Below, piece by piece: positions 39,216 to 48,856 of a stretch of DNA of 64,000 nucleotides; the first letter of the stretch is position 1; every line of letters starts with the position of its first letter. The position numbers and the translations under genes are program-made. The DNA is taken from assembly GCA_030583745.1 (NCBI GenBank), contig CP129473.1:442783-506782 (forward strand). Direction: 5' to 3'. The notes under the pieces are model-generated. The model was given only the letters and a program-made list of their open reading frames with translations. It was not told the origin of the DNA and made no database searches. The DNA is from Minisyncoccota bacterium. GTDB lineage: Bacteria; Patescibacteriota; Minisyncoccia; Phycocordibacterales; BOKC01.

Positions 39216-39908
39216 TCAGATTTTCAATTTTTTCTTTACAATTTCAAAAACTTTTTGGTGCACGTCCTCTGGCGACATGCAAATATTTCCCTTGCAACAA
39301 GAAATTTTCTCCCAATTTTTATTTGTTTTATGGAGATAAAGAGCGGTATTTCGAGAATCTTTAAGATGAAGTAAATTGTCTTCGGCCACATCACGCTTAC
39401 CGTTTAAATATTTCTTGCTTCTTTTGGTAACTTTGTTCTCCAGCCATTTTTTACTGACTTCAAAAGGTACATCCAAATAAATCACCGTGTCCGGTCGCGG
39501 GATTTTAAAAATTTCAAATTCCATTTTATCCAGCCATAACAAAAACTTTCTTCTCTTAGTCGCGGAGCGAATTTTACTACCCTGATGAATTTGATTGGCG
39601 CTGACATATCTGTCCGAAATCACAACGTAACCAGCATCAAGCCATTTTCTGATTTGCTGACTTGATTCAAAGCGGTCGGCGGCATAAAGCACCGAAGCAA
39701 CCTGCGGATCTGTCTGAATAAAATCACCAAACTTACCAGACAAATAATCACCAATAAGCGCACCAAAAAAATTATCGTAATACCTCGGAAAATCAATCGT
39801 CTTCACTTTGTAACCCTCTCTTTTAAGTCGATCGGCCAAAAATTTGGTCTGGGTCGCTTTCCCTGACCCATCAATGCCGTCTATAACAATTAATTTTCCT
39901 GTTTTCAT
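39216..39908 (-). CDS. tmk: Thymidylate kinase
   Basis: LIVIDGIDGSGKATQ...ISDRYVSANQIHQG. Confidence 0.85.
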   Translation of the reverse strand: MKTGKLIVIDGIDGSGKATQTKFLADRLKREGYKVKTIDFPRYYDNFFGALIGDYLSGKFGDFIQTDPQVASVLYAADRFESSQQIRKWLDAGYVVISDRYVSANQIHQGSKIRSATKRRKFLLWLDKMEFEIFKIPRPDTVIYLDVPFEVSKKWLENKVTKRSKKYLNGKRDVAEDNLLHLKDSRNTALYLHKTNKNWEKISCCKGNICMSPEDVHQKVFEIVKKKLKI

Positions 39909-39917
39909 TTTTTTATT

Positions 39918-40451
39918 TTATTTAAACTGTCTACCCAAAATATGAGTTGGAGTTGAAAAATTAAAAAGCTTTTCACTACCATCAAGAAGGAATACATTTT
40001 TAATCCCTGCTTCAATCATTTTATCCCAGCACGGCTTACAACACCACCAATGACCCCAAAGATATAGATCGGCACCAGAAATATCTTCTTTGGTTTTTCT
40101 AGCATCTAGAATTGCTCTTGGCTCCGCATGACTGTCATATCCACTGCACCCGGGACAAAGCCAGTATCTTGTACCAGACTTTATTTTGAAAAATTTCCTA
40201 ATACAAAAACCGTCTCGATGAAATTTTTGGAGTTTAGAATTCTTAAGAAGCGATTGATTGGCTCCTGTCCCTACAATAGAATCTTCAATAACAATAACCG
40301 CACCAGTTGGCTGCATTGAATCACTTGAAAGATTCCGCGCCGCTTCCATCGCCGCCCTCATAAAAGGATTATTATCTGGAACATAAAAAATCTTTCGGCC
40401 TTCCGGGAGGTATGGGTACTCAATCATGATTAGATTATTGTATAATGGCAC
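39918..40451 (-). CDS. dCMP/cytidine deaminase family protein
   Basis: HAEPRAI ... PCKPCWDKMIEAGI zinc-binding motifs (H-A-E, PCxxC). Confidence 0.7.
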   Translation of the reverse strand: MPLYNNLIMIEYPYLPEGRKIFYVPDNNPFMRAAMEAARNLSSDSMQPTGAVIVIEDSIVGTGANQSLLKNSKLQKFHRDGFCIRKFFKIKSGTRYWLCPGCSGYDSHAEPRAILDARKTKEDISGADLYLWGHWWCCKPCWDKMIEAGIKNVFLLDGSEKLFNFSTPTHILGRQFK

Positions 40452-40458
40452 TACCTTA

Positions 40459-41295
40459 ATGACAAAGTTTGACCAAATCTACAAAGAAATGCTTAGAGCT
40501 CTCATGGAGCGCGGTATTGAAGAATATTCCGAGCGAACCAAACTCCACACCAAAGCTCTTCCTGGCATGCACTTCCAAATTAATCCAGAGTATGACGGTT
40601 TTCCGCTTTTAACTCTTCGAAAAATTCCCGTTATTGCTCCCATTGCAGAACAAGTCTGGTTTCTCTCTGGCTCCAGAAAGCCGGAGGAACTTTTACGCGA
40701 TTTCACAAAAATTTGGGACGTCTTCACCAACCCAAACGACGTTGTGACTGTCGCTTACGGTTATCGCTGGCGCAAACATTTCGGCCGAGACCAAATCGGC
40801 AAACTCATTGAACTTTTAGAGAAAGAGCCAAGCTCCCGACATGGAGTTGTCATCGCTTGGGACCCGGGCCAAGACGGCCTCTCAACTTTCAAAAAAGCCA
40901 ACGTCCCCTGCCCTTACACTTTCACGGTAAATATCATCGGGGGCAAACTTCATTTGCATAACATTGTCCGTTCAAACGATATGGTTTTAGGATTTCCTTT
41001 TGATGTCACTGGATTTTGTTTTCTGCAATACGTTTTGGCGCAAAAGCTCGGAGTCGAAGTCGGAACATATTCCCATTCAATTTCAAACGCCCATATTTAC
41101 GAGAACCATTATCCGGCGGCAGAAGAAATGATAAAAAGAACTAATGGCCATCCGCCGATTAAATTAGCTCTGCCGGAAAAGACTTTTGAACGCGCAGAAA
41201 AAAAAGACGCGGATTTAATAAATGAAATTACAGAACAGCTTAAAGAGCAGTATAATCCGATGGAAAAAATTGAGGGGTTAAAAATCGCGCTTTAA
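40459..41295 (+). CDS. thyA: Thymidylate synthase (ThyA)
   Basis: RHGVVIAWDPG...; active-site Cys region VPCPYTF; SNAHIY. Confidence 0.85.
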   Translation: MTKFDQIYKEMLRALMERGIEEYSERTKLHTKALPGMHFQINPEYDGFPLLTLRKIPVIAPIAEQVWFLSGSRKPEELLRDFTKIWDVFTNPNDVVTVAYGYRWRKHFGRDQIGKLIELLEKEPSSRHGVVIAWDPGQDGLSTFKKANVPCPYTFTVNIIGGKLHLHNIVRSNDMVLGFPFDVTGFCFLQYVLAQKLGVEVGTYSHSISNAHIYENHYPAAEEMIKRTNGHPPIKLALPEKTFERAEKKDADLINEITEQLKEQYNPMEKIEGLKIAL

Positions 41296-41317
41296 TACAT
41301 CCCGTACGAAGTATTAT

Positions 41318-41573
41318 ATGTACTATACATACGTATTACAGAGTCATCAAAACAAGAGATTATACACCGGGTACACGAGTGACTTACGGAAACGTTTTAA
41401 AGAACATAACGATGGAAAATCGTCATACACCAAAAATCGCGGTCCTTACGAGCTTATTTATTATGAAGCATGTTTAAATAAAGAAGATGCGAGGTCGAGA
41501 TAATTATATCTTAAATCAGGAAGAGGTAAGCGTTACCTTAAATCAAGGTTAAGACGTTTCCTACTTCGTACGG
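41318..41573 (+). pseudogene. GIY-YIG nuclease gene interrupted by an in-frame TAA (ORF 41318..41503 then ...LYLKSGRGKRYLKSRLRRFLLRTG in the same frame)
   Basis: YYTYVLQS..KRLYTGYTSDLRKRFKEHNDGKS..YTKNRGPYELIYYE then TAA then YLKSGRGKRYLKSRL. An intact paralog at 57776..58006 ends EKYLKSGSGRAFLKK. Confidence 0.7.
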
Positions 41574-41574
41574 G

Positions 41575-42102
41575 ATGAAAACATACATTATCGCAGCACT
41601 GTCAGCCGACGGCTTCATAGCAAAAAATAACACCGAGTCGTCCACAAAATGGACAAGCAAGGAAGACACGGCTTTTTTCCGAGAGCGGACAAAAAAAACC
41701 GGAGTGATGATTATGGGCTCTACGACTTTTGAAACTTTTGGTGGAAAACCCCTGCCCGGCCGACGCAACATCATTTATTCAAGATCTAAAAAATACGAAG
41801 GTGTAGAAACAACTTCAGAATCTCCAAAAGATCTTTTAAATCGCCTAAAGAAAGAAGGGGTGGAAGAAGTCGCCATTTGCGGGGGATCTTCCATTTACAC
41901 CCTTTTTGCCGAAGCTGGACTGGTGGACAAACTAATTTTAACGATAGAAAATATAATTTTTGGAGAAGGAGTGCGGTTGTTTAATAAAAAAATTGATTTG
42001 AAAATTTGCTTGGCTTTACACCAACAAATCGGCCCGAATACGGTTGTGCTAGAATATGATGTAAAACTGCTGAAACACGCTGAACCTAAAATACACCACT
42101 GA
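41575..42102 (+). CDS. folA: Dihydrofolate reductase
   Basis: IIAALSADGFIAKNN...GVMIMGSTTFE...RRNIIYSRS. Confidence 0.85.
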   Translation: MKTYIIAALSADGFIAKNNTESSTKWTSKEDTAFFRERTKKTGVMIMGSTTFETFGGKPLPGRRNIIYSRSKKYEGVETTSESPKDLLNRLKKEGVEEVAICGGSSIYTLFAEAGLVDKLILTIENIIFGEGVRLFNKKIDLKICLALHQQIGPNTVVLEYDVKLLKHAEPKIHH

Positions 42103-42166
42103 AGAACGCCGAAAAGAATCAGCGACCAATCAGCGTTTTGATCGGCGACCAATCAGCGGAATAATC

Positions 42167-42823
42167 ATGGCTATAATCACAAAAAAACAAATTTTAGAGA
42201 GAATTGAAAAGGGCGAGATCGGCTTCAAGCCGGAGCTTGACCAGTTCCAGCTGCAAGCCCACGCTGTTGATCTTCGGCTGGGATTTACTTTTTTAATTCC
42301 AAAAATTTGGCGGCTGACTGAAAGAGGCCGAGAGGCCGTCAACATTGACCATTTTGCCAAAGATCGGCCGCAGTATTTTGACACGGTAGAATTGGAAAAA
42401 GGCCAGTTCTTTGACCTTCTACCCGGCGAACATATTTTGGTTTCAACTTTAGAATCAATAAAAGTGCCGGCTGATTTAATGGCCGTTCTTTACCCTCGCT
42501 CTTCGGTAAATAGAAAAGGTCTTTCGGTTGATTTGACCGGTATCATTGATTCCGGCTACGAAGGCCAGCTGGCGGTGCCGGTTAGGAATAATACTCAAGC
42601 TCAAACAGTCCGGCTTTACCCGGGAGAAAGGTTTTGCCAAGTTGTTTTTGACCGGCTTGATGAAAAAGTTGAAATTACAAAAAGCCGATATCATAAAAAA
42701 GACATTATTGAAGGTTTTATAAGAAACCATGGAGAAAAATCGGAACGAGACGAAGAAGAGATTGGGATGATTAGAAAAGGTGAGATTAAAGAGCTGAAAG
42801 AAAAATATAAGATTAACAATTGA
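42167..42823 (+). CDS. dcd: dCTP deaminase
   Basis: HAVDLRLG...YPRSSVNRKGLSVDLTGIIDSGYEGQL... Confidence 0.8.
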   Translation: MAIITKKQILERIEKGEIGFKPELDQFQLQAHAVDLRLGFTFLIPKIWRLTERGREAVNIDHFAKDRPQYFDTVELEKGQFFDLLPGEHILVSTLESIKVPADLMAVLYPRSSVNRKGLSVDLTGIIDSGYEGQLAVPVRNNTQAQTVRLYPGERFCQVVFDRLDEKVEITKSRYHKKDIIEGFIRNHGEKSERDEEEIGMIRKGEIKELKEKYKINN

Positions 42824-42848
42824 CAGTTAACCTTTAACAATTAACTAA

Positions 42849-42881
42849 AGACCAAATTTCGCAAAGCGAAATTTGGTCTAG
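42849..42881. terminator. Bidirectional terminator AGACCAAATTTCGC-AAA-GCGAAATTTGGTCT between dcd and rplK
   Basis: Perfect 14-bp stem. Confidence 0.7.
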
Positions 42882-42912
42882 TTACATGTCACTTGTCACA
42901 GGTAAAATGTTT

Positions 42913-43335
42913 TTATTTTACCTCCACCCCCATGCTTCTAGCGGTGCCTTCAATTATTTTTGCGGCGGCTTCAATATCATTTGCGTTGAGGTCCGTCATT
43001 TTTTCTTCAGCAATTTTTTTAATCTGCTCGCGCGAAATCGTACCGGCCTTGGAAACCAAATTCTTTCCCGACCCTTTTTCTTTACCGATAGCTTTCAGAA
43101 TAAGCCGCGAAGCCGGCGGAGTTTTCAAAACAAAATCAAAACTTCGGTCTTCATAGACGCTAATTTCAGCTGGAATAAGCTGACCTTTTTTTTCTTGAGT
43201 CCTGTCATTAAACTGCTTAACAAATTCACCGATATTAATACCAGCTTGGCCCAAAGTTGGCCCCAGAGGAGGAGCTGGTGTTGCCGCCCCGCCCATCGCT
43301 TGAACTTTTATTTTTTTAACTAATTTTTTAGCCAT
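42913..43335 (-). CDS. rplK: 50S ribosomal protein L11
   Basis: [32 protein letters not shown]. Confidence 0.95.
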   Translation of the reverse strand: MAKKLVKKIKVQAMGGAATPAPPLGPTLGQAGINIGEFVKQFNDRTQEKKGQLIPAEISVYEDRSFDFVLKTPPASRLILKAIGKEKGSGKNLVSKAGTISREQIKKIAEEKMTDLNANDIEAAAKIIEGTARSMGVEVK

Positions 43336-43449
43336 CCCTTTTGGAACTTATTTCGTAAATTTAGAGCTATTATCTTACTTATTTATAGACTTCTGTCCAG
43401 CCCGATTCAAAAACTCTGGAGATCCCCAAAGATCTAACAAGACGAGAAT

Positions 43450-44109
43450 TTAAATCCTCTTCACTTGCAAGAAATCCAGCTCAACCGGTGTTTCCCGGCC
43501 GAACATTGAGACCAAAACTTTAACTTTTCCTCGAACTTCGTCAATTTCAGAAACTTTGCCTTCCAAATCTTTAAATGGACCATCAACAATTACTACCGCA
43601 TCATTTTGCATCAAATTTATTGAATGTTTAGTGGTATCTTTACTCATTCTCTGGAACAGTTCGTCTATCTCTTTTTTATCTATTGGCACTGGATAAATTC
43701 CAGAACCAACAAAACCGGTAACTCGTGGGGTATTTCTAACCACGTACCAAGAATCATCAGTAACAACCATTTCAACCAAAATATAGCCGGGATAAATTTT
43801 TTCTTCTTCTTCAACCCTCTTTCCACCCTTAATTTTTATTTTCTTCTCTGTAGGCACGATGACATTAAAAATCTTGTCTTCCATACCCAAAGACTCAATT
43901 CTTTGTTTTAAATTTCGGGCAACAGCATTTTCGTAACCGGCATAAGTATGAATAACATACCAATTTCGGCCCTCGGAAATTTTTTGCTTGACCGAAGAAA
44001 GTTGGGAATCACCAACTTCCTTTTCAAAAACGTGAGTGTCAGAAGAGATCTCTATTTTGCCGTCCGAATTCTCCTCCTTCGGCTGATTTTGCTGATTATT
44101 TTCATCCAT
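43450..44109 (-). CDS. nusG: Transcription termination/antitermination factor NusG (with N-terminal extension)
   Basis: NWYVIHTYAGYENAV...KOW motif GDAVVIVDGPFKDLEGKVSEID. Confidence 0.85.
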   Translation of the reverse strand: MDENNQQNQPKEENSDGKIEISSDTHVFEKEVGDSQLSSVKQKISEGRNWYVIHTYAGYENAVARNLKQRIESLGMEDKIFNVIVPTEKKIKIKGGKRVEEEEKIYPGYILVEMVVTDDSWYVVRNTPRVTGFVGSGIYPVPIDKKEIDELFQRMSKDTTKHSINLMQNDAVVIVDGPFKDLEGKVSEIDEVRGKVKVLVSMFGRETPVELDFLQVKRI

Positions 44110-44118
44110 AACTAATAA

Positions 44119-44301
44119 CTAAAATACAAGATATTCAATGATTTGGGCAAAAATATAATCAAATAGACCCAAAAATAAGGCGACGAAAAAAGAGATAGCA
44201 ACAACAACGAGAGTAAAAACCAAAGTTTGTCGTCTGGTCGGCCAGCTGACATGCTTCAACTCGCCTTTGGTATCTTTGACATAATTTAATACTCGCTTCA
44301 T
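44119..44301 (-). CDS. secE: Preprotein translocase subunit SecE
   Basis: YVKDTKGELKHVSWPTRRQTLVFTLVVVAISFFVALFLGLFD. Confidence 0.85.
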   Translation of the reverse strand: MKRVLNYVKDTKGELKHVSWPTRRQTLVFTLVVVAISFFVALFLGLFDYIFAQIIEYLVF

Positions 44302-44375
44302 AAAATCTTTAAAAAAAGCCCTGACGGGCGTAGCCCAATACTACGCCCTTATGAAATTAAAGTCAATAAGACAAC

Positions 44376-45164
44376 TCACCTTATCTCATAGGTGATATGG
44401 ACTTGAGAGATAATCTTGTTCTCACCGGCAGGAATTCCGGGAACAGGCGTCGCTTCTGATTTTAATACGGCCTCATTCATAAAATCGCCGCCTAAACCAT
44501 ACGGATAAAAATCTCCGGATTCAGAAAAATTCACCATTCTCACTAATTTTACTCCCAGGTCACGGCTCAAATCCTTGGCTTTTTTCTGGGCTTCTTCTAT
44601 TGCCATTTTTCTGGCTTCGGCTTTATGACTTTCTTTGTTATCAACCAAGAAATCCGGACCAGAAATATTTGAAACATTTGCTCCGCCTAAAACAGAGATT
44701 ATTTCTCCAACCTTGTCCAAGTTACGAATTTTTAAAGAAATTGAATGGCTTAATTCATAGCCAACCAAAACTCTTTCATTTGAGGGAATTCGGTATCCAG
44801 AAACAAAGTTCGCGTATTCATAACGCGGAGAAAGATTATAGCCAGTGGTTTTAATATCTTTTTCTTCCAGTCCTTTCTGTTTTAATTCACCTAAAAGAGA
44901 GTTCATCTTTTTAGTAACTGCCGCTTGGGTTTCAGAAGCAGTTGCCTTCTCTTCAGTAATAGAAAAAGACACTGTGGCAACATCAGGTACGGCAAAGACT
45001 TCCCCTGTACCAGAAACAGAAATTACATTTTGCGGATAAACTCCCGAACCAATATAACGAAAATCCTTTAAATCGCTTATAACCCTAACGACCAAAAACA
45101 ATGACAATAAGATAGCGACCAAACTTGCTGCCTTGAAAAACTTGTTTAATTCTGGACTGCTCAT
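44376..45164 (-). CDS. SIMPL-domain (DUF541) protein, exported
   Basis: N-terminal TM; ISVSGTGEVFAVPDVATVSFSITEEKATASETQAAVTKKMNSLL. Confidence 0.5.
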   Translation of the reverse strand: MSSPELNKFFKAASLVAILLSLFLVVRVISDLKDFRYIGSGVYPQNVISVSGTGEVFAVPDVATVSFSITEEKATASETQAAVTKKMNSLLGELKQKGLEEKDIKTTGYNLSPRYEYANFVSGYRIPSNERVLVGYELSHSISLKIRNLDKVGEIISVLGGANVSNISGPDFLVDNKESHKAEARKMAIEEAQKKAKDLSRDLGVKLVRMVNFSESGDFYPYGLGGDFMNEAVLKSEATPVPGIPAGENKIISQVHITYEIR

Positions 45165-45200
45165 AATTTTTATAGTTTAAACTAAATAATAATCACCTAA

Positions 45201-46097
45201 TCATCTTATCAAATCTTTCTCTTGTAAGCGATAAGCAGAAATTAAATTTTCAAAAAGCGCCGAAACAGTAAGCGGTCCAACCCCGCCAGGAACCGGAGTT
45301 ATCGCCTCAACAATATCCTTAACCGCTTCAAAATCAACGTCGCCGACAATTTTTCTGCCAGAAATCTCTTCCTCAAGCTTACCGGTTGGTAAAGAATTTA
45401 TGCCGACATCAATAACAATCTGGCCCGGAGACACAAATTTCTCATCAACAAAATTCGGCTGACCGATTGCTACGACCAAGATTTCCGCCTGTCGGCTAAT
45501 TTCAGAAAGATTTTCTGTTTTTCTGTGAGACACAGTGATTGTCGCGTCACGATTCAAAAAAGCCAGCGCAATCGGTTTGCCGACAAGATCCGACCGGCCG
45601 ATAATAACCACTCTCTTTCCGCTCAAAGAAATCTCAAAAAAATCCAAAATATTCAAAACACCCTTGGCGGTGGCCGGAATAAATCCACCCGCCTCTTTAT
45701 TCCAAAGCTTTTTTAAATTCACAGACGAGAGGCCGTCCACATCTTTTTGACAATCAATTTCATCAAAAAAACTGCTGGAACCTAAATGACTTGGTAACGG
45801 CAATTGCAATATAATTCCGTGAAAATTTCTATCAATATTCACTTTTTTGAGTTCTCTTGCCAGACTTTCTTGATCTATGCTGTCCGCAAAACGGAAATGC
45901 TCAACCTGCGCGCCTATTTGTTCGGCAAACTCTTTTTTCTTTTTTATATAAAGTGTAGACTCGGGATTATCGCCAACTTGGAAAATCGCAAGTTTTGGGG
46001 ATTTGGAAAAACCAGCAATCTCTTCCGTAAGTTTGTTTTTTATTCGCAAAGCCACTTTTTTACCATCAAGGATTTTTGTCATTTTTTGAATATACAA
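45201..46097 (-). CDS. folD: Bifunctional methylenetetrahydrofolate dehydrogenase/cyclohydrolase
   Basis: ILDGKKVA...GIILQLPLP...VVIIGRSDLVGKP...PVPGGVGPLT. Confidence 0.9.
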   Translation of the reverse strand: MYIQKMTKILDGKKVALRIKNKLTEEIAGFSKSPKLAIFQVGDNPESTLYIKKKKEFAEQIGAQVEHFRFADSIDQESLARELKKVNIDRNFHGIILQLPLPSHLGSSSFFDEIDCQKDVDGLSSVNLKKLWNKEAGGFIPATAKGVLNILDFFEISLSGKRVVIIGRSDLVGKPIALAFLNRDATITVSHRKTENLSEISRQAEILVVAIGQPNFVDEKFVSPGQIVIDVGINSLPTGKLEEEISGRKIVGDVDFEAVKDIVEAITPVPGGVGPLTVSALFENLISAYRLQEKDLIR

Positions 46098-46121
46098 CGA
46101 AAATCAAAATTACTCCACAGA

Positions 46122-46147
46122 AAAAGCCCCGACGATTGGGGCTTGTT
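46122..46147 (-). terminator. Terminator of GC-rich island 3 gene (AGCCCC-AATCGTC-GGGGCT followed by TTTTT on the minus strand)
   Basis: Seen directly in the sequence. Confidence 0.55.
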
Positions 46148-46148
46148 G

Positions 46149-46763
46149 TCAGTTAGGAGTCCTGACGATGAAGTAGTTGCCGACGCCGTAGACCTGCGGC
46201 TGATGAGGTTCCGACCGCTTCTCTGTCTCGAGAAGGTGCAGATGGTAGCCGTCTTTTTTATCACAGATTGAGACGGCAAGAATTTCATCGTTATTCCCGG
46301 TAACGAAGAAGTGCCACCAAAATCCGGAAGGAAGTGCTGGCAATTTGTTTTCCCCCACGATCCAGCGAATCTGTCGGGAAGACAAAACCAGTTTCTGTCT
46401 GATGTGCCTCTCACCTCCGGCTGCCCGGACAATGGCTTGCATGTTTAGATTGACCGTCAAACGGCGCGCTTCCGCTCTTGTTGCCTCCGTAGCAACATTT
46501 GGCACACCAAACCGGTCAATTCCCGAAGCCTGCTTGAACGGAGAACTTCGGTCTTCTTCCTTGACCAAGAACGGGTGGGTGTCCACCAATTCAAGTGGCG
46601 GGATCTCGAACGATCCCTGCACCTTCTGGAGCGCCCGAAAACTTCGCCTCGACATGATCGGCAACGCCAACCTATTGTCAGAATCCATCTCGCCCCCTTC
46701 TGCCGGTTTCCGGCTGAAATTTCCACGAGCCAGCACAAAACAGTCCGGATAAAATTTTATCAA
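46149..46763 (-). CDS. Hypothetical protein in GC-rich (~53%) island 3
   Basis: 204-aa ORF; composition atypical for this window; own terminator. Confidence 0.5.
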   Translation of the reverse strand: MIKFYPDCFVLARGNFSRKPAEGGEMDSDNRLALPIMSRRSFRALQKVQGSFEIPPLELVDTHPFLVKEEDRSSPFKQASGIDRFGVPNVATEATRAEARRLTVNLNMQAIVRAAGGERHIRQKLVLSSRQIRWIVGENKLPALPSGFWWHFFVTGNNDEILAVSICDKKDGYHLHLLETEKRSEPHQPQVYGVGNYFIVRTPN

Positions 46764-46792
46764 GACTTAAATCAAACTCCAAATCCTAGGTG

Positions 46793-47938
46793 TTAAAAAT
46801 CGCCTCGGTCTTGCTTAAGAATGTTTTCAGAAAAGTTACTTCTTAAAGAAGATGTGGTAGAGATTGAGCGGAGATTCTTAAACTCGCCACGAACAGATCC
46901 GGTAACCACTGGCGAGATTAAAATACCTGTGTTTGGTCCCTCTTCGCTGACAGAAATATCTTCTGAGCCAGTATCAGAAAATTCAATTCTAATCGGCAGT
47001 TTGTGACTGGCCTCCAAAAGCATTTTAATTTCACTTGCCGATCTGAAAACCGAATCAAAAACTTCTATCGCCTCTCTGTTGGATTTTATTTCAAACAAAA
47101 CTCGGCCTTCCTCCAATTCACCTCTTATCTGACTTAATCTTTTACCAAAATTATCGTTGACTATTTTTTGTCTCTTTATCAAAATTTCAGCATCATCAAC
47201 CGCCTTTTCAGCCCTAGCCAACTTGATTTTTGCGGTTTCCGACAAATCATTGGGTGCTCCTTCTATATCAACTTCTGGTGCAATGGAGCGCTCCATGGTG
47301 ATACTAGCTAGATTTTCTTTGGCTCTGGGAGCAACAGACGCAACTTCTCCAACAACAACTTCGAGACTTGAGAGGATTCTCTCGTTAGCGCTCAAAGATA
47401 TTTCAAGTTGGTCCTGCAAAATCGCCACCTTTTCGTTTTCTCCCATATTTTTCAGAACACCAACATAGTTTTTTATATTTTCAACATGTTTTTCCAGCCG
47501 GCTCTCAACAATCTCTATAGCTTCTGGTGAAAGACGCCCTGTGGCAATAACTGCTTGAGTCTCTTGTAATCTCTTTCCAACTAATTTAACTTCCCGAGTA
47601 GCTTTGGCGGCAGTTGAGAAATCAAAAGACCCAGCCAGACGCTCGTTGAATTCGGTTTTGACAGGATATAACAAGTCTCCGGGTACTGCTCTACTAGCCG
47701 CTGCCATAACCCCGCCCCCGCTCAAAACAAAAATCAAAAGTGCGGCAAACGAAACCGCCAAGCGTGGTTGCGACAAATACCAAAACCACTTTTGAGCAAA
47801 ACGCTGTTTGTCCAAATCCCCTCTTAGACTTATCAGATTTATTTCCGAAATAATTCTATTTTTCAGGAGATTTTTTTCATCTTCTGATAGATGAATATTA
47901 TTAAACTCTGAAAAAATTTTTTGAAATTTGTCTTCCAT
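46793..47938 (-). CDS. Membrane-anchored protein co-transcribed with an ECF sigma factor (putative anti-sigma factor)
   Basis: Cytoplasmic N-terminus, single TM (LAVSFAALLIFVLSGGGVMAAA), coiled-coil-rich extracytoplasmic part. Start is 1 nt after the sigma-gene stop. Confidence 0.5.
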   Translation of the reverse strand: MEDKFQKIFSEFNNIHLSEDEKNLLKNRIISEINLISLRGDLDKQRFAQKWFWYLSQPRLAVSFAALLIFVLSGGGVMAAASRAVPGDLLYPVKTEFNERLAGSFDFSTAAKATREVKLVGKRLQETQAVIATGRLSPEAIEIVESRLEKHVENIKNYVGVLKNMGENEKVAILQDQLEISLSANERILSSLEVVVGEVASVAPRAKENLASITMERSIAPEVDIEGAPNDLSETAKIKLARAEKAVDDAEILIKRQKIVNDNFGKRLSQIRGELEEGRVLFEIKSNREAIEVFDSVFRSASEIKMLLEASHKLPIRIEFSDTGSEDISVSEEGPNTGILISPVVTGSVRGEFKNLRSISTTSSLRSNFSENILKQDRGDF

Positions 47939-47939
47939 A

Positions 47940-48446
47940 TTATTCTAAAGTATCCATTTTCTCTTTAAGTTTTTTCATCGCTCTATTTAAGCGAACCGAA
48001 GCGGCGTTTTCTTTGATATTTAAAACATCTGCAATCTCCGAGGGTGAGAGACCATCAAGAAATCGCCAGATGATAATCTCTTTGTCTTTCTCGCTAAGCT
48101 CGTCAATTAAATCTTTAACCCTTGAAAACTCGGCGTTTTCTAAAATCTCATCTCTCGCTTCGGAGAAATCAAAACCTTTTTCGGAAAGTTGGTCTAAAGA
48201 AACATTCTTACCTTGCCGGTAATAATCTATAATCAAATTACTAGCCACCCTATAAAGAAAGGTTTTTATGTTACGGACTTCCTTGCCGGAAGAAATATAC
48301 TTCCAAGTCCGAACAAAAGTCTCTTGAACCAAATCTTCGGCTTTTTCTTTATCCGACACCTTGAAAAAACAGTGCCGAAAAAGAGCATCGGCGTGTTCGT
48401 CATAGGATTTTATAAATTCCTGTTTTGCTCTTTCTAAAGGTTCCAT
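47940..48446 (-). CDS. RNA polymerase sigma-70 factor, ECF subfamily
   Basis: Region 2 LVQETFVRTWKYI...YRVASNLIIDYYR; region 4 LSPSEIADVLNIKENAASVRLNRAMKKLK. Confidence 0.85.
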   Translation of the reverse strand: MEPLERAKQEFIKSYDEHADALFRHCFFKVSDKEKAEDLVQETFVRTWKYISSGKEVRNIKTFLYRVASNLIIDYYRQGKNVSLDQLSEKGFDFSEARDEILENAEFSRVKDLIDELSEKDKEIIIWRFLDGLSPSEIADVLNIKENAASVRLNRAMKKLKEKMDTLE

Positions 48447-48768
48447 AATAAAGACGAAAAATAAAGAAAGTTCTTACCCACAAAAATCTGATTTTTAAAT
48501 TCTAACAAATCAAGAAAACAAAGCGGTGCGCTTTGTGAACACCCCTAGTGATAGTCAGACCGACTGTTTTGGAGAGCCCGAACCTGTTGCACCGCTTCTT
48601 CCCCAGTTATAACACCCTCCTTAAAATTCTCTTTGATTGAATTTATAATTGAATTCTCCCGATCAGCTGCTCCCGTTTGCATAATCTGGTTTCTAATCAC
48701 TTCAATTTCTGTCAGCGGATCAGGTCTTTTTTCATATTCATTTATCATTGATTCAAAATTCATATTTT

Positions 48769-48844
48769 TGGGGTGCCTATCGGGAATCGAACCCGAATTG
48801 CAAGTTCCACAAACTTGAGTGTTAACCGTTACACCATAGGCACC
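48769..48844 (-). tRNA. tRNA-His (GTG), with encoded G-1 and CCA
   Basis: Reverse complement is GGTGCCTATGGTGTAACGG...CAAGTTTGTGGAACTTG...GGGTTCGATTCCCGATAGGCACCCCA. Confidence 0.85.
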
Positions 48845-48856
48845 ATTATTCAATCT

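Noticed and set aside
48545-48853. 102-aa ORF on the minus strand
   Set aside because: Its N-terminal third is encoded by the tRNA-His gene (48769..48844). Most likely spurious, although the downstream 70 codons could conceivably be a tiny protein.
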